From the NCBI GenBank assembly GCA_042408215.1, contig JAYFMW010000006.1, positions 192,001 through 256,000 of the forward strand: DNA of 64,000 nucleotides. The letters are read 5' to 3'. Position numbers and translations under genes: made by a program. The stretch is from Microcoleus sp. (GTDB lineage Bacteria; Cyanobacteriota; Cyanobacteriia; Cyanobacteriales; Microcoleaceae). Position 1 is the first letter of the stretch; the number at the start of each line of letters is the position of its first letter. A model generated the notes under the pieces. It saw only the letters and a list, made by a program, of their open reading frames with translations, ran no database searches and was not told the DNA's origin. This document shows positions 1 to 9,929 of the stretch, in pieces.

Positions 1-200
1 TCGCCGGCAGAATTTATGCCCTCTTGTTGCACTTTAGACAAAACTGGCACTTCGTACTGGTAAGCTTGAAACCAGTCATCGCGATCGGTAATGTCTCGTA
101 CTTCTAGTTGAAATTTGAGGCTTTCAATCTGTTCGAGTTTTTCTTGCAGCCCTTCGCACAGGTGGCATCCGGGTTTGCTGTACAAAATCAATCGTATCAT
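1..200 (-). CDS. Glutaredoxin-like protein (DUF836-like), 3' end runs off the window
   Basis: Manual translation from ATG at 200: MIRLILYSKPGCHLCEGLQEKLEQ...DITDRDDWFQAYQYEVPVL, with a CxxC motif. Not in the ORF track because it is truncated. Confidence 0.85.
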   Translation of the reverse strand, partial: MIRLILYSKPGCHLCEGLQEKLEQIESLKFQLEVRDITDRDDWFQAYQYEVPVLSKVQQEGINSAG

Positions 201-402
201 CTGGTAAAATTACACTCGATATTCAATGCTCAAACCTGCGATCGTAAGTTAGGGAACCAGACTTTGCAAGAAGCAAGTCATGGCATCATTGACCTCAATG
301 CGCGATCGATGTTATCTTAGCATTGACGGCGAACCAATGACTGCGCTTTGCCGTCCAAACGCAACTACAAGCCCATCAAACCATAAACTCTGTCAGCAAA
401 AA

Positions 403-1458
403 ATGCAAATCACCCCTGAAGTCTCTTGCAGAATTAAACTATTGCGTCTGCCTCTAATTATTGGCATAGTCACTATTCATTCATCTATAGTTTCTTTGGG
501 TTCTACTGACAAATTTTTCCAGACTTTTATTGCCGGAACTTGGGGCGGTTCTTGCGTGGCTTTTTTGTTTATTCTTTCAGGATTTTTGTTTTTCAGGAAT
601 TTTAATTTATCGTTAAATTCTTACTTAGAAAAACTTAAATCTCGGTTTGGGACGCTGCTGGTTCCTTATCTATTTTGGAACTTAGCTTTGTTGGGGATGG
701 TCTTAATAGTCTTGAACGTACCAGCGACAAGTTCAATTATTCAAGGGCATTACAAGCAATACATCGGAGACTACAGTTTAGCCAATTTTATAGATTGTTT
801 GACTGGCTACAAAAGCGGCTACCCGATCGCATTTCATTTCTGGTACGTCCGGGACTTAATCACGATGGTAATTCTATCTCCGGTATTTTTACTGGTAGCT
901 AGAAAGATACCATATATAGGTTTGGCTTTATTTGCCGCGCCTTGGCTGCTGCGATTAGAACTAGGTTTTATTAACATCCAGTGGTTGGGGCCGTTGTTTT
1001 TTTATTTGGGATGTCTCATCGCTGTTAAAAACTTGGATCTAACTTGGCTCGATCGACAAAAAAGTTTGATAATAGGCATATATTTAGCGATGGCTGTAGT
1101 ATTGACAGCAATGGAAACGGCAGACATTCAAACTTTCAAACACCTGTTTGAATGCTGCACGAGAGTCGTAGGTACGGCGGCTATTTGGTGCGCTTCCGAT
1201 TTGGTAGCTGGGAAGCTGCAAAAGCTGCTGTTAAATCTTTCGGGATTAGCATTTTTTGTTTATGCAGCCCACGAACCAACGGTAACAGTTTTGAAAGAAG
1301 TTTTTGACAAATTGTCAAAGCCTTCAAATTCGATAACTGTGATAATCTACTATTTATTGATAGCGACACTTGCCACTTTAGTAACCCTGGCGGTGGGTAC
1401 GATTTTGCAAAGGTATGCACCTAAGTTTTTCCAATTAATTACAGGTGCAAGGGGATAA
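403..1458 (+). CDS. Acyltransferase family 3 membrane protein
   Basis: Multi-TM protein with motifs LRLPLIIGIVTIH, LFILSGFLFF, RFGTLLVPYLFWN and FWYVRDL. Likely start at 403 (MQITPE). Confidence 0.85.
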   Translation: MQITPEVSCRIKLLRLPLIIGIVTIHSSIVSLGSTDKFFQTFIAGTWGGSCVAFLFILSGFLFFRNFNLSLNSYLEKLKSRFGTLLVPYLFWNLALLGMVLIVLNVPATSSIIQGHYKQYIGDYSLANFIDCLTGYKSGYPIAFHFWYVRDLITMVILSPVFLLVARKIPYIGLALFAAPWLLRLELGFINIQWLGPLFFYLGCLIAVKNLDLTWLDRQKSLIIGIYLAMAVVLTAMETADIQTFKHLFECCTRVVGTAAIWCASDLVAGKLQKLLLNLSGLAFFVYAAHEPTVTVLKEVFDKLSKPSNSITVIIYYLLIATLATLVTLAVGTILQRYAPKFFQLITGARG

Positions 1459-1550
1459 TCATTCGTTACCCGAAATACCGCCGGGACTTAAGTCCCAGCC
1501 TGCGATTTTGCCCTGCTTGTTAACGCCAATGAATAATGTTGCATCTTTAC

Positions 1551-1579
1551 TTGACTAATGAATCAAAATTTTGTATAAT
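1551..1579 (+). promoter_or_regulatory. Sigma70-type promoter of the ligase gene
   Basis: TTGACT-N17-TATAAT, followed by an AGGAGG RBS before the ATG at 1610. Confidence 0.75.
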
Positions 1580-1609
1580 GTGAAAATGGCCCTACAAAAA
1601 GGAGGCAGT

Positions 1610-2887
1610 ATGGACTGCACCGAATACGCAGAAACCAAGCGAAAAGCAGCTAAGAAAATCAGCGCTGACATTCGAGAACGCTGGAACAATCGCATTGTCC
1701 AGCGAGAATTACACTTGATGGGTGAAGCGGGTGCCGTCCAATATTTAAGTGATTATGGGCGCGGAATTGGTACGGCAAAAGTGATTAGTTTTGCACTGTG
1801 TGCGGAGTCGGAAGGATACCCGGAAATGGCGATCGGCTTTTGGAAAAGAGCCTTTGAATTAGAAACTGGAGAAAAGCCGATCGCACTCAATGCTCAAAAC
1901 AATTCTACCACCCATCTCGCGACTGCTGCAAAATCAACTTCCGCTGCCAAAAATGAGACTCTGAACAATCCCATAGTTGCCGAATTGCCTCCTCACTTGC
2001 AGCCGGGAAAGATTGTCACAATGCAACCGGTTGACGCGCCAAGTGAACGTTCTTATTACATCGAAAATCCCGATTATTGGGGACAGCCGAAGCGCGACGG
2101 CAATCGAGTAGTTGCGATCGCGACTAAAGACAAAGTATACTACCAATCGCGATCGACTAATCTACGACAACAGCCATCTATTGAAATCGAGGGAGCATTA
2201 ATTGAGACAGCCACTAAAATTGGCACTTTTGTTTTAGACGGCGAATTGTATTACAAAAGCTGTACCGGCAGCGAACACCGCACAGGTGCCCAAGCTGCTA
2301 CAGTTAATATTGAAAGCGGTTTGCCCACAATTCAGCCCAGCGCAATTTATGCCATTTTTAAATCTTTGTTTTTTCAAGGAAATGATTTAACTAAAGTTGC
2401 GGAATCAGCCCGAATTGCAGCGGGAGTTGAAGTTGGCGAAATCCTGGCGAGTTTATCTAAACAATTTGAAGTTTTACCGACATTTTGCACCGCAGCCGAA
2501 AAACTTTTACTGGCAAATCAGCAGGAATCAGAAAATAGAGAAGGCGAAGTTTGGGTTTTGCATAACTGCCGCTATGTGGGCGGTAAAGATGTTAAGAAGT
2601 TCCCGATAGTGAGGACTAAATACTGTCAGGAACTAGACTTGTTTATTGTCGGATTGACTCCGACAAAGGTTGCGGGACGCCCCTTTAGTGCGATCGAAGT
2701 TGCTCAAGAAATTGAGGGCAAATTAGTGCCAGTGGGAACAGTGGGAACGGGGTTTAGCGGGGAGGAAATGCAGGAAATTGCCCGACTCTACGAGGCTAAC
2801 CCTAAAAACGTCAAAATTAAAGTGCGATCGCAGGGTTTGACAGAGAGTGGCAAACTGTGGCACGCACGATTTTTGGAGTTTTGTTGA
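1610..2887 (+). CDS. ATP-dependent DNA ligase-like protein (nucleotidyltransferase + OB fold) with an extra N-terminal domain
   Basis: Motif I QPKRDGNR, motif III VLDGELY, motif IV REGEVW, OB-fold VGTVGTGFS and C-terminal LWHARF. Confidence 0.8.
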   Translation: MDCTEYAETKRKAAKKISADIRERWNNRIVQRELHLMGEAGAVQYLSDYGRGIGTAKVISFALCAESEGYPEMAIGFWKRAFELETGEKPIALNAQNNSTTHLATAAKSTSAAKNETLNNPIVAELPPHLQPGKIVTMQPVDAPSERSYYIENPDYWGQPKRDGNRVVAIATKDKVYYQSRSTNLRQQPSIEIEGALIETATKIGTFVLDGELYYKSCTGSEHRTGAQAATVNIESGLPTIQPSAIYAIFKSLFFQGNDLTKVAESARIAAGVEVGEILASLSKQFEVLPTFCTAAEKLLLANQQESENREGEVWVLHNCRYVGGKDVKKFPIVRTKYCQELDLFIVGLTPTKVAGRPFSAIEVAQEIEGKLVPVGTVGTGFSGEEMQEIARLYEANPKNVKIKVRSQGLTESGKLWHARFLEFC

Positions 2888-2910
2888 ATTTGTAGGGAAA
2901 CGGCAGTGCC

Positions 2911-3152
2911 CATTGGTGTCAACTTAAGACTAAAACCCTTGATAAATCTCGTTTTTACGCTAAGTCTAGATCCCCCTAAATCCCCCTTAATAAGGGGGAC
3001 TTTGAGAAGATTCTTGTCCCACACCCCCTACTCCCCTACTCCCCTTATTAAGGGGAGTAGGGGTTGAGTAGGGGGCAAGAAGACGGGGGGATCTAGATTT
3101 AACGATCAAACAGCAGATCGGTACTACATTTGATGTTAAGTTGACACTAATG
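2911..3152. mobile_element. 242-bp MITE with 17-bp TIRs and a 9-bp TSD, inserted in a REP-like palindrome
   Basis: TIRs CATTGGTGTCAACTTAA / TTAAGTTGACACTAATG (1 mismatch). GGCAGTGCC is duplicated at 2902-2910 and 3153-3161. Confidence 0.85.
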
Positions 3153-3226
3153 GGCAGTGCCGTTTCCTACCCTGGTATGCAAATATTAACAAATATTATC
3201 AAATACAAAAATTGGAGGAAACATCA

Positions 3227-3802
3227 ATGTTTGTCAGCAAAAATAATTTCTACATCTCCCCAGAAGATTACCTAGAAGGCGAGGGAGTAAGCCCCATAAA
3301 ACACGAGTACAGACGCGGACACGTTTATGCAATGACGGGAGCAAAAAAACCTCACATTATCATTACTAGCAACTTAGTAAGACGACTGGGAAATCATCTA
3401 GATGACACGGGCTGCATCATTCTACCGTTAGATGTAAAAGTCAGACTGGAAGCAGCAAATTGCTATTACTATCCAGATGTAGCCGTGACTTGCGATGAAA
3501 GGGATGTAACTTCTACGGAAGACTTCATTCTCTATCCATCTCTAATTATTGAGGTGCTATCTCCTTCAACAGCAGCTTTCGATAGAGGCGATAAATTTGC
3601 AGATTACCAAACTTTATCGAGTTTGCAGGAATATGTACTAATCACTCAATCAGAAATCAAAATAGAGTGTTTTCGCCTCAATGCTGAAGGAAATTGGCTT
3701 TCTCAGACTTACAGAGAAGGAGATGAGTTAGAGTTAATGAGTATAAATTTTAGATGTGCGATCGCCCAAGTTTATCAAAAAGTCCCTGGCATTATATTGT
3801 GA
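3227..3802 (+). CDS. Uma2 (DUF820) family endonuclease
   Basis: KHEY..G.VYAMTG, YYYPDVAVTC, IIEVLSPST, DRGDKFADY; GGAGG RBS. Confidence 0.92.
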   Translation: MFVSKNNFYISPEDYLEGEGVSPIKHEYRRGHVYAMTGAKKPHIIITSNLVRRLGNHLDDTGCIILPLDVKVRLEAANCYYYPDVAVTCDERDVTSTEDFILYPSLIIEVLSPSTAAFDRGDKFADYQTLSSLQEYVLITQSEIKIECFRLNAEGNWLSQTYREGDELELMSINFRCAIAQVYQKVPGIIL

Positions 3803-3872
3803 TATGTGAAACAAAAATTTTAGGAGTCAACTCCTCTCATCTTTACCTTGGCAAAAACATTAAACCAATTTC

Positions 3873-3918
3873 GTAGTAAGGACTTTAGTCCTTAAAATGA
3901 GGACTAAAGTCCTCACGA
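3873..3918. repeat. REP-like palindromic element
   Basis: GTAGTAAGGACTTTAGTCCT...AGGACTAAAGTCCTCACGAC inverted repeat in the intergenic region. Confidence 0.6.
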
Positions 3919-3952
3919 CAAACTGAAATGATAGCTAACAATAGAAAAAACA

Positions 3953-5194
3953 ATGATTAAAATTCTGCATCTTTCGGATATCCACATGGGAAGCGGGTTT
4001 TCCCACGGGCGCGTCAATCCAGAAACAGGTTTAAATACACGCTTGGAAGACTTCGCGAACACGCTGAGCAAATGTATTGACAGAGCGATTTCTGAACCTG
4101 TAGATTTAGTCATATTCGGCGGCGATGCTTTCCCCGATTCCACGCCGCCACCGTTTGTAAAAGAGGCTTTTGCGGGTCAATTCAGCCGCTTGGTTGATGC
4201 ACAAATTCCGACTGTTTTGTTAGTAGGAAATCACGATCAACATTCCCAGGGACAAGGTGGCGCGAGTTTGGGTATTTATCGGACTTTGGGGATACCTAAG
4301 TTTATTGTAGGCGATCGCCTGGATACTCACCGCATCGAAACCCGCAGCGGGCCGGTACAGGTGGTAACATTGCCTTGGTTGACGCGATCGACCTTAATGA
4401 CGCGATCGGAAACTGAAAACCTGTCTATGGGCGATGTTAACCAATTATTAACCGAAAAACTGACGATCGCCCTAGAAGGAGAAATTCGTCGCCTCGATCC
4501 AAACATCCCCACCATACTTTTAGCACACTTAATGGCAGATAAAGCGATTTTGGGTGCCGAACGTTTTTTAGCAGTTGGAAAAGGCTTTAATATCCCCGTT
4601 TCGATGCTAACTCGCCCTTGTTTTGATTACGTTGCTCTCGGCCATGTTCACAAACACCAAAACCTAAATTTATCGAACAATCCGCCCGTAATTTATCCCG
4701 GAAGTATCGAACGGGTTGATTTTAGCGAAGAGAAAGAAGACAAGGGTTTTGTGTTAGTTGAGTTGGAACGGGGGAGAGCAGATTGGGAATTTTGCACTTT
4801 ACCTGTGCGAGTATTTCAGACTATTAAAGTGAAGGTTTATGACTCAGAAAATCCCCAATCAGAGTTAGTTAAAGCTATTGGGAAGACAGAGATACAAGAC
4901 GCGGTGGTGAGATTAATTTACCAATTGCGATCGGAACAATTGGATTTAATTGACAACGCAGAATTGCACGCACTTCTGGGTGAAGCACACAGCTACACAA
5001 TTCAACCGGAATTAGTCAGTCAGTTAGCAAGACCGCGATTGCCGGAATTGAACGCTAACAATAGTATAGACCCGTTAGATGCTTTGAAAACTTATTTAGC
5101 AAGTCGCGAAGATTTGAAAGATCTTGCTGAGAGTATGTTGGAGGCCGCGCAGGGTTTGTTGGGCGGCGACGAGAGCGAAATTATGTCATTCTGA
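3953..5194 (+). CDS. sbcD: Exonuclease SbcCD subunit D
   Basis: Metallophosphoesterase motifs HLSDIHMG, GGDAF, VGNHD, YVALGHVH and YPGSIERVDFSEE. Confidence 0.93.
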   Translation: MIKILHLSDIHMGSGFSHGRVNPETGLNTRLEDFANTLSKCIDRAISEPVDLVIFGGDAFPDSTPPPFVKEAFAGQFSRLVDAQIPTVLLVGNHDQHSQGQGGASLGIYRTLGIPKFIVGDRLDTHRIETRSGPVQVVTLPWLTRSTLMTRSETENLSMGDVNQLLTEKLTIALEGEIRRLDPNIPTILLAHLMADKAILGAERFLAVGKGFNIPVSMLTRPCFDYVALGHVHKHQNLNLSNNPPVIYPGSIERVDFSEEKEDKGFVLVELERGRADWEFCTLPVRVFQTIKVKVYDSENPQSELVKAIGKTEIQDAVVRLIYQLRSEQLDLIDNAELHALLGEAHSYTIQPELVSQLARPRLPELNANNSIDPLDALKTYLASREDLKDLAESMLEAAQGLLGGDESEIMSF

Positions 5195-5479
5195 GCGAAG
5201 CGAAGAATCTCAAACCATTGCAACACCCTGACAATAAGTAAGTCCTGTTACATAAGTCAGGGCTTACGCACGTAATACGATTTACTGTCATTACGAACGT
5301 AGTGAAGCAATGTTTCGACGGAGTTTATCCTGAGCGAAGCCGAAGTTTCGGAGACCATGTGAATTCCAAAAATCTCCGTATAAACCCTGTATCCCGATCC
5401 AAATATTTATGATAATTTTATTACATCAGTTCAAGTGTTAGCTATCAATTCATTGATCGGGGAAATCGAATGAATAGTT

Positions 5480-5803
5480 ATGAACTACGGCGAAAAACAT
5501 TACTGCGACAAATCTCACTGTCCTCACCCTCAAAAGCTAGCTTGCAATCAGTTTTGTATCAGTTGTAGTCGCACAATTGGGCCCCATCGCACCAGGGAAG
5601 TGAAATCTGAGTTTGTGCAGGTAACGAAGAAGGAACTTGCTCCCCAAGAACGCTTACCTCCTCGTTCAAAGCTGAATTTAACTTACGGTGATCTCCCCAG
5701 TAGACTGCGGAGTACGCCAGACGATTATTGGTCAAAACCTTCTCATTCTTGGCAGAGTTCTGCACCACAGAAGAATGATTTTCAGCGTGTATTGGGATAT
5801 TAA
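5480..5803 (+). CDS. Small hypothetical protein with a 4-Cys-prefix-like Zn ribbon
   Basis: YCDKSHCPHPQ...FCISC resembles the N-terminal 4-Cys prefix of cyanobacterial Ser/Thr kinases; no kinase domain follows. Confidence 0.4.
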   Translation: MNYGEKHYCDKSHCPHPQKLACNQFCISCSRTIGPHRTREVKSEFVQVTKKELAPQERLPPRSKLNLTYGDLPSRLRSTPDDYWSKPSHSWQSSAPQKNDFQRVLGY

Positions 5804-5930
5804 AAGTATACTTTCGTTGAACATCCCGGAGAGTCGAGTGGGAGTTGGAGGAAATTATTTTGGCCGATCGTAATTGGTGCGGCGTTGTGGTTCTGGTTTT
5901 TCCGCTGATTCTTTGATAATTGAGAGGGTG

Positions 5931-7187
5931 ATGAAGTATTTTTTGCTGTTTTTATTTGCTTTAGTAATTTCGGCGCTCCTGGTAATAACCTATGGGAGTA
6001 GAGAAGCAGTTGGAAATAAACATTCAAGAGTTGGAAGGATAGCAAACATGACATCTCAAGGATCGAATAACAGCAATAAAGTTAAACAAGATGGCCTCCT
6101 ACTTGAAATCAGAGAGCCACAAATTATTGCACTAGCCATCCCAGAAAACAAGCCCAATGCCACGGCTCCAGTAAAGCTTGCTGTTGTCGTTACCAATAAT
6201 ACACAAACCTCAATTCCCTTCAGAATCTCTGGCGCTTTAATACCAGAAATTGTCGGGTCTGATGGTCAAGCACTGCACCGAAAAGAACCGAAAAATCGGC
6301 AAGTTGGGGTTGGCAAATATGATTGTGTATTACTTGGGGTCGGAGAACAAATAGGCATCTCTTTGGACGCAAGACTCTCTTGGCAGAATAACTTACTTCA
6401 ACTCGTAGTACCTAATAGCCCAGACTACTGGCAAATTCCTACTAATTTCGATAACTCTTGGTCTTTTGATACTCTTGGGTCTGGGGAATATCAGGTTCGA
6501 TTCTCTTATGACAGCCCTGTTGGGAATGTCTTTTGCTTAGACCCACAAACTGGACAAGAAAAGATAATAGAAGTAATCGAGACAGGTAAGTTGACAACTC
6601 CCTTCGCTAATCTTCGCCTAATTCAACCTGTTGGATTTAATAACAATGCAGTGGAAGTTGATGGCATTCATTTTGAAACCTTGATGCCGGAGCCAGTTGT
6701 TAACCGTGCTCAACAAGCAGGCGCAATGCAGAAAGTTCTGTACAGATTGGTATGCGGATTACCAACAACACACCAACCCCATTTTACTTCAGCTTTTATG
6801 GCACTTTTACTCCAGACCTTGTAATGCCAGATGGTCAGGTACAGCGGGGAGGCTACAATACCGACTGGATGAGAGGGCCTGAAGAATCTGACTTTCTGTT
6901 AGTCACACCTGGAAAAAGTCTGACATTCTTTCCAGCATCAGCCCTGTCTTTGAGGAAGCGCGAGCCAACTTTTCCCTTCTTGTCTACTAATGGATATGGT
7001 GGTTCATTGCCCTTTTGACTCACTCAAGCCAGGTATATATCACTTCCGCTTCCAGTATTACAATACGAGTGATACCATACCGAAGAAAAATCTTGCTGGG
7101 GAGTCGATTGAAAGTCGGCCAATAGAAAAAGTTTGGACTGGGCGGGTGGATACTCCCTTTGTTGAATTTAGCATAGTCCAGCCTTGA
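5931..7187 (+). pseudogene. Secreted protein with two internal repeat domains, broken by two frameshifts (~6722, ~7015)
   Basis: Signal peptide MKYFLLFLFALVIS. Domain 1 (DGLLLE...VTNNTQT...DGQ...FDTLGSGEYQVRFSY) is mirrored across ORFs 6752-7018 and 6990-7187 (DGIHFE...ITNNTPT...DGQ...FDSLKPGIYHFRFQY). Confidence 0.75.
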
Positions 7188-7649
7188 AATGAATGAGGAA
7201 TGATTCAAGGCGGTGTGGTTCTGGTTTTTTCGCTGATTGTTCGGTAATCCAGAGGGACATGAGGTGTTTTTTTCGGTTTTTAGTTTACTACTTTCCCACG
7301 AAAAACAGTATCCATTGAAACTTTTTAGCTACAGAAGTCAAGATTTTCTCTGAAATCTTCCTTTAGGCATAACTAATATTACTGGGTAAAATTTGATTTC
7401 CTTCTCTGGATGTTACTAAAGTCAGTAAATTTTCGGATGTGGTCAGCATTTGTGCTGTGATAAAATTCGGAAATAATCTCACCAAACTTCTTTTAAATCA
7501 GCGTGCTACTGCTACAGTTTTTATTGTTTTAAACGTGACCATCCAGAACATCAGGATTGAGGCAAGAGGTTGGCGCTGCTTTTAGTAGCTGGCTTCGTAT
7601 TGCGTTGGGATTATTTAACTAATCATCAGGCTAAAAAATAGCCCAGATT

Positions 7650-8456
7650 ATGAAGCATTTTTTCCTGTTTATGTTGGCTTTAATCCTTTCTGTGACAATG
7701 GCACTAGGCTCTGTTTTACCTGGAGTTACTGCCTATAACGAGGGGGAAATAGAGAGGGTAGCTGACTTGAATCGAGGCAATACAGTATCAAACAGTCGCT
7801 ACTCTGTCAGTGGCTCACGCAATGGCATTGTTACTGTCAAGGATGCTGTTTCTTCTGAGGTGATTCGTACCTTTCAAATGGATGCTGGAGTGGTTGTCAG
7901 AGAGACTTTTCTTTTGGAGGGTGGTAAGACAGTTGCTGCTTCGCAAAAAGACCATGCTGTTTTCTGGGAGTTGGCGACAGGTAAAGAAGTTCGCCGTTTT
8001 CCTCAAAGGATTTATGGCTTTTCCCACGATGAAACCAAGTTTTTTACTTACGAACTTCCGCAAGGGATAATATTCCTGCACAGCTATCCCAGCTTTACAC
8101 TTGTCTGCAAATGGGAAAAAGGAGCTCCCGGGCCTGTGCAGTTTCGCTTTTCGCCAAACGATCGCTTTTTGAACATCACATTTGGTAACGGATATCCCCC
8201 GATCGATGAAAATTATCCTCTACCGGATCGGAGTGGAGGTCCGGTGAATTACGCGCGACTTTTTGACATCGAAACTTGTCAGGAAATTAAAGAATTTTCT
8301 CAGCTTGATTTGCTATCTATAGGCGAGTTTTCTGCCGATTCAATTTTTTTAGTGACGCCACGATATATCTACGTCGATGTTAATAGCAATCGATTTGTAC
8401 GGACGTTGTGGCGTTTCAATCTCAAAACTTACCAAGTTGAAAAACTTGCTGATTAG
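7650..8456 (+). CDS. Secreted WD40/beta-propeller-like protein
   Basis: Signal peptide MKHFFLFMLALILS; WD-like segments AVFWELATGKEVRRF, FRFSPNDRFL and RLFDIETCQEI. Confidence 0.7.
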   Translation: MKHFFLFMLALILSVTMALGSVLPGVTAYNEGEIERVADLNRGNTVSNSRYSVSGSRNGIVTVKDAVSSEVIRTFQMDAGVVVRETFLLEGGKTVAASQKDHAVFWELATGKEVRRFPQRIYGFSHDETKFFTYELPQGIIFLHSYPSFTLVCKWEKGAPGPVQFRFSPNDRFLNITFGNGYPPIDENYPLPDRSGGPVNYARLFDIETCQEIKEFSQLDLLSIGEFSADSIFLVTPRYIYVDVNSNRFVRTLWRFNLKTYQVEKLAD

Positions 8457-8493
8457 GATTTAATACACTTTCAAGTAAATAGGAGTCAAGGCT

Positions 8494-9924
8494 ATGTCAC
8501 ACCGAAATACTAGCACAACATACATATGTGCGATCTCAATAGCTGCATTTTTTGAAACCATTTCAAGCGGGGCAGTTTGTGCAGCACAACTGACTTTTGA
8601 TGTAATCGTCAAAAATGAAGTTTTAGGTAATATTAGCCTGGAGAAAGAAACCAGGCCTGTCCCAACAGGAACCGAAGATGCAATTGTCGGTCAATTCGTT
8701 GCTACTAAAAATGACTGGAAAAATTTTCTCGGCGTCGATCATCTCAACTGGCTTCAAATAGTAACGCAAGATTCAAATCCACCCATACCTATTGACCCCC
8801 GCTTCGCCAATAACCCCCTAAAAGTCCCATATATAGATACCCCACCATCTGGTTATCTTAGTGGATGGGCTGACCAGGAACCTTGGTACTGGAATGAATA
8901 CAGAATTCCAGAAGAATTAGAACCATTTCTACCCTGGAGTGAATATACCCAGCTAGCAGTACAGAGTCAAAACAATGGTCAGATTTTAAAATTCTCTGAT
9001 GTACCGAGTGGTTCTCAAGCCAATAATCTCAAGTTTGAGACATTTTTGGTAGGTGATTTCGGCAACAAAACCTACGATTTTTTAACAAGTTTTTCCTGGT
9101 CAATTTCCCTCACTGGAGGCACTTCAAGTATCACAAATATCGAAAAAGGTGCAACATTTACCGAACAGTATGCCAACCTAGTTGAGGAACAGTTTGGGTA
9201 CAAAAAGGTTGACCTACTCCCCACCTATTTATTTTCCAGTGCCTTATCTCCTGGCAAGGTGGATTCTTTTACAGAATCTGGACTTCAAGCATCAGCACCT
9301 TTTGTCGCCTGGACTAATAACTTTCCCGGTATCAATCCACCCAAACAACCAGACACAATTTTAGGAGCGTTTAACCAATCGGGAAATTTGATTGCGGTGA
9401 ATGACGACGGTGGGCCGTTTGGGAGCAATTGGGGTTCAGGGATTAAAAGTTCTGTAAACAATGACGGTTCTCTCAAACTCAAGGTGAGTGGCTACAACGA
9501 CTTCAACTTTGATGAGCGTAATGACTTTAGTGGCGACCCATGTAACGGCGGTAGCGGTGGTGGTGGATGTGTACGCAATGTACCACATCCTCAAGTTGGA
9601 AAATATGACTGAGCTGTCAAGATGTATCAAGATTATCTTCCTTCTCGCAGTAGCGTTTCTACGTCTGCGAGTAACGTTTATACGAATACAAGAACCTTGG
9701 CTGCTAGGAATATAAACCAGGAAATGTCTTTTTCCGAAAGCAACGTTTCTGACATAGCAAGCCTTTACAGCAACGAATCACCAAACGAAAAAGCCTCATC
9801 TGAAAAAGCCGAGGAGGATGCCCTCGCGGCAGAAGCTGTGCCCGAACCAACCACCGGATTAGGAACTTTATTAGCCCTAGCTATATTGCCTGTAATTAAA
9901 AGACTTAAAAATAGAAAAAATTAA
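8494..9924 (+). pseudogene. PEP-CTERM sorting-domain surface protein interrupted by one in-frame TGA (9610-9612)
   Basis: ORFs 8494-9612 and 9622-9924 are in the same frame (KYD*AVKMYQ). C-terminus VPEPTTGLGTLLALAILPVIKRLKNRKN; PPC-like segment DTILGAFNQSGNLIAVNDDGG. Confidence 0.8.
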
Positions 9925-9929
9925 GAGTA

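Noticed and set aside
9610..9612. Selenocysteine recoding of the in-frame TGA
   Set aside because: No redox motif context and no evident SECIS hairpin; a nonsense change or sequencing error is simpler.
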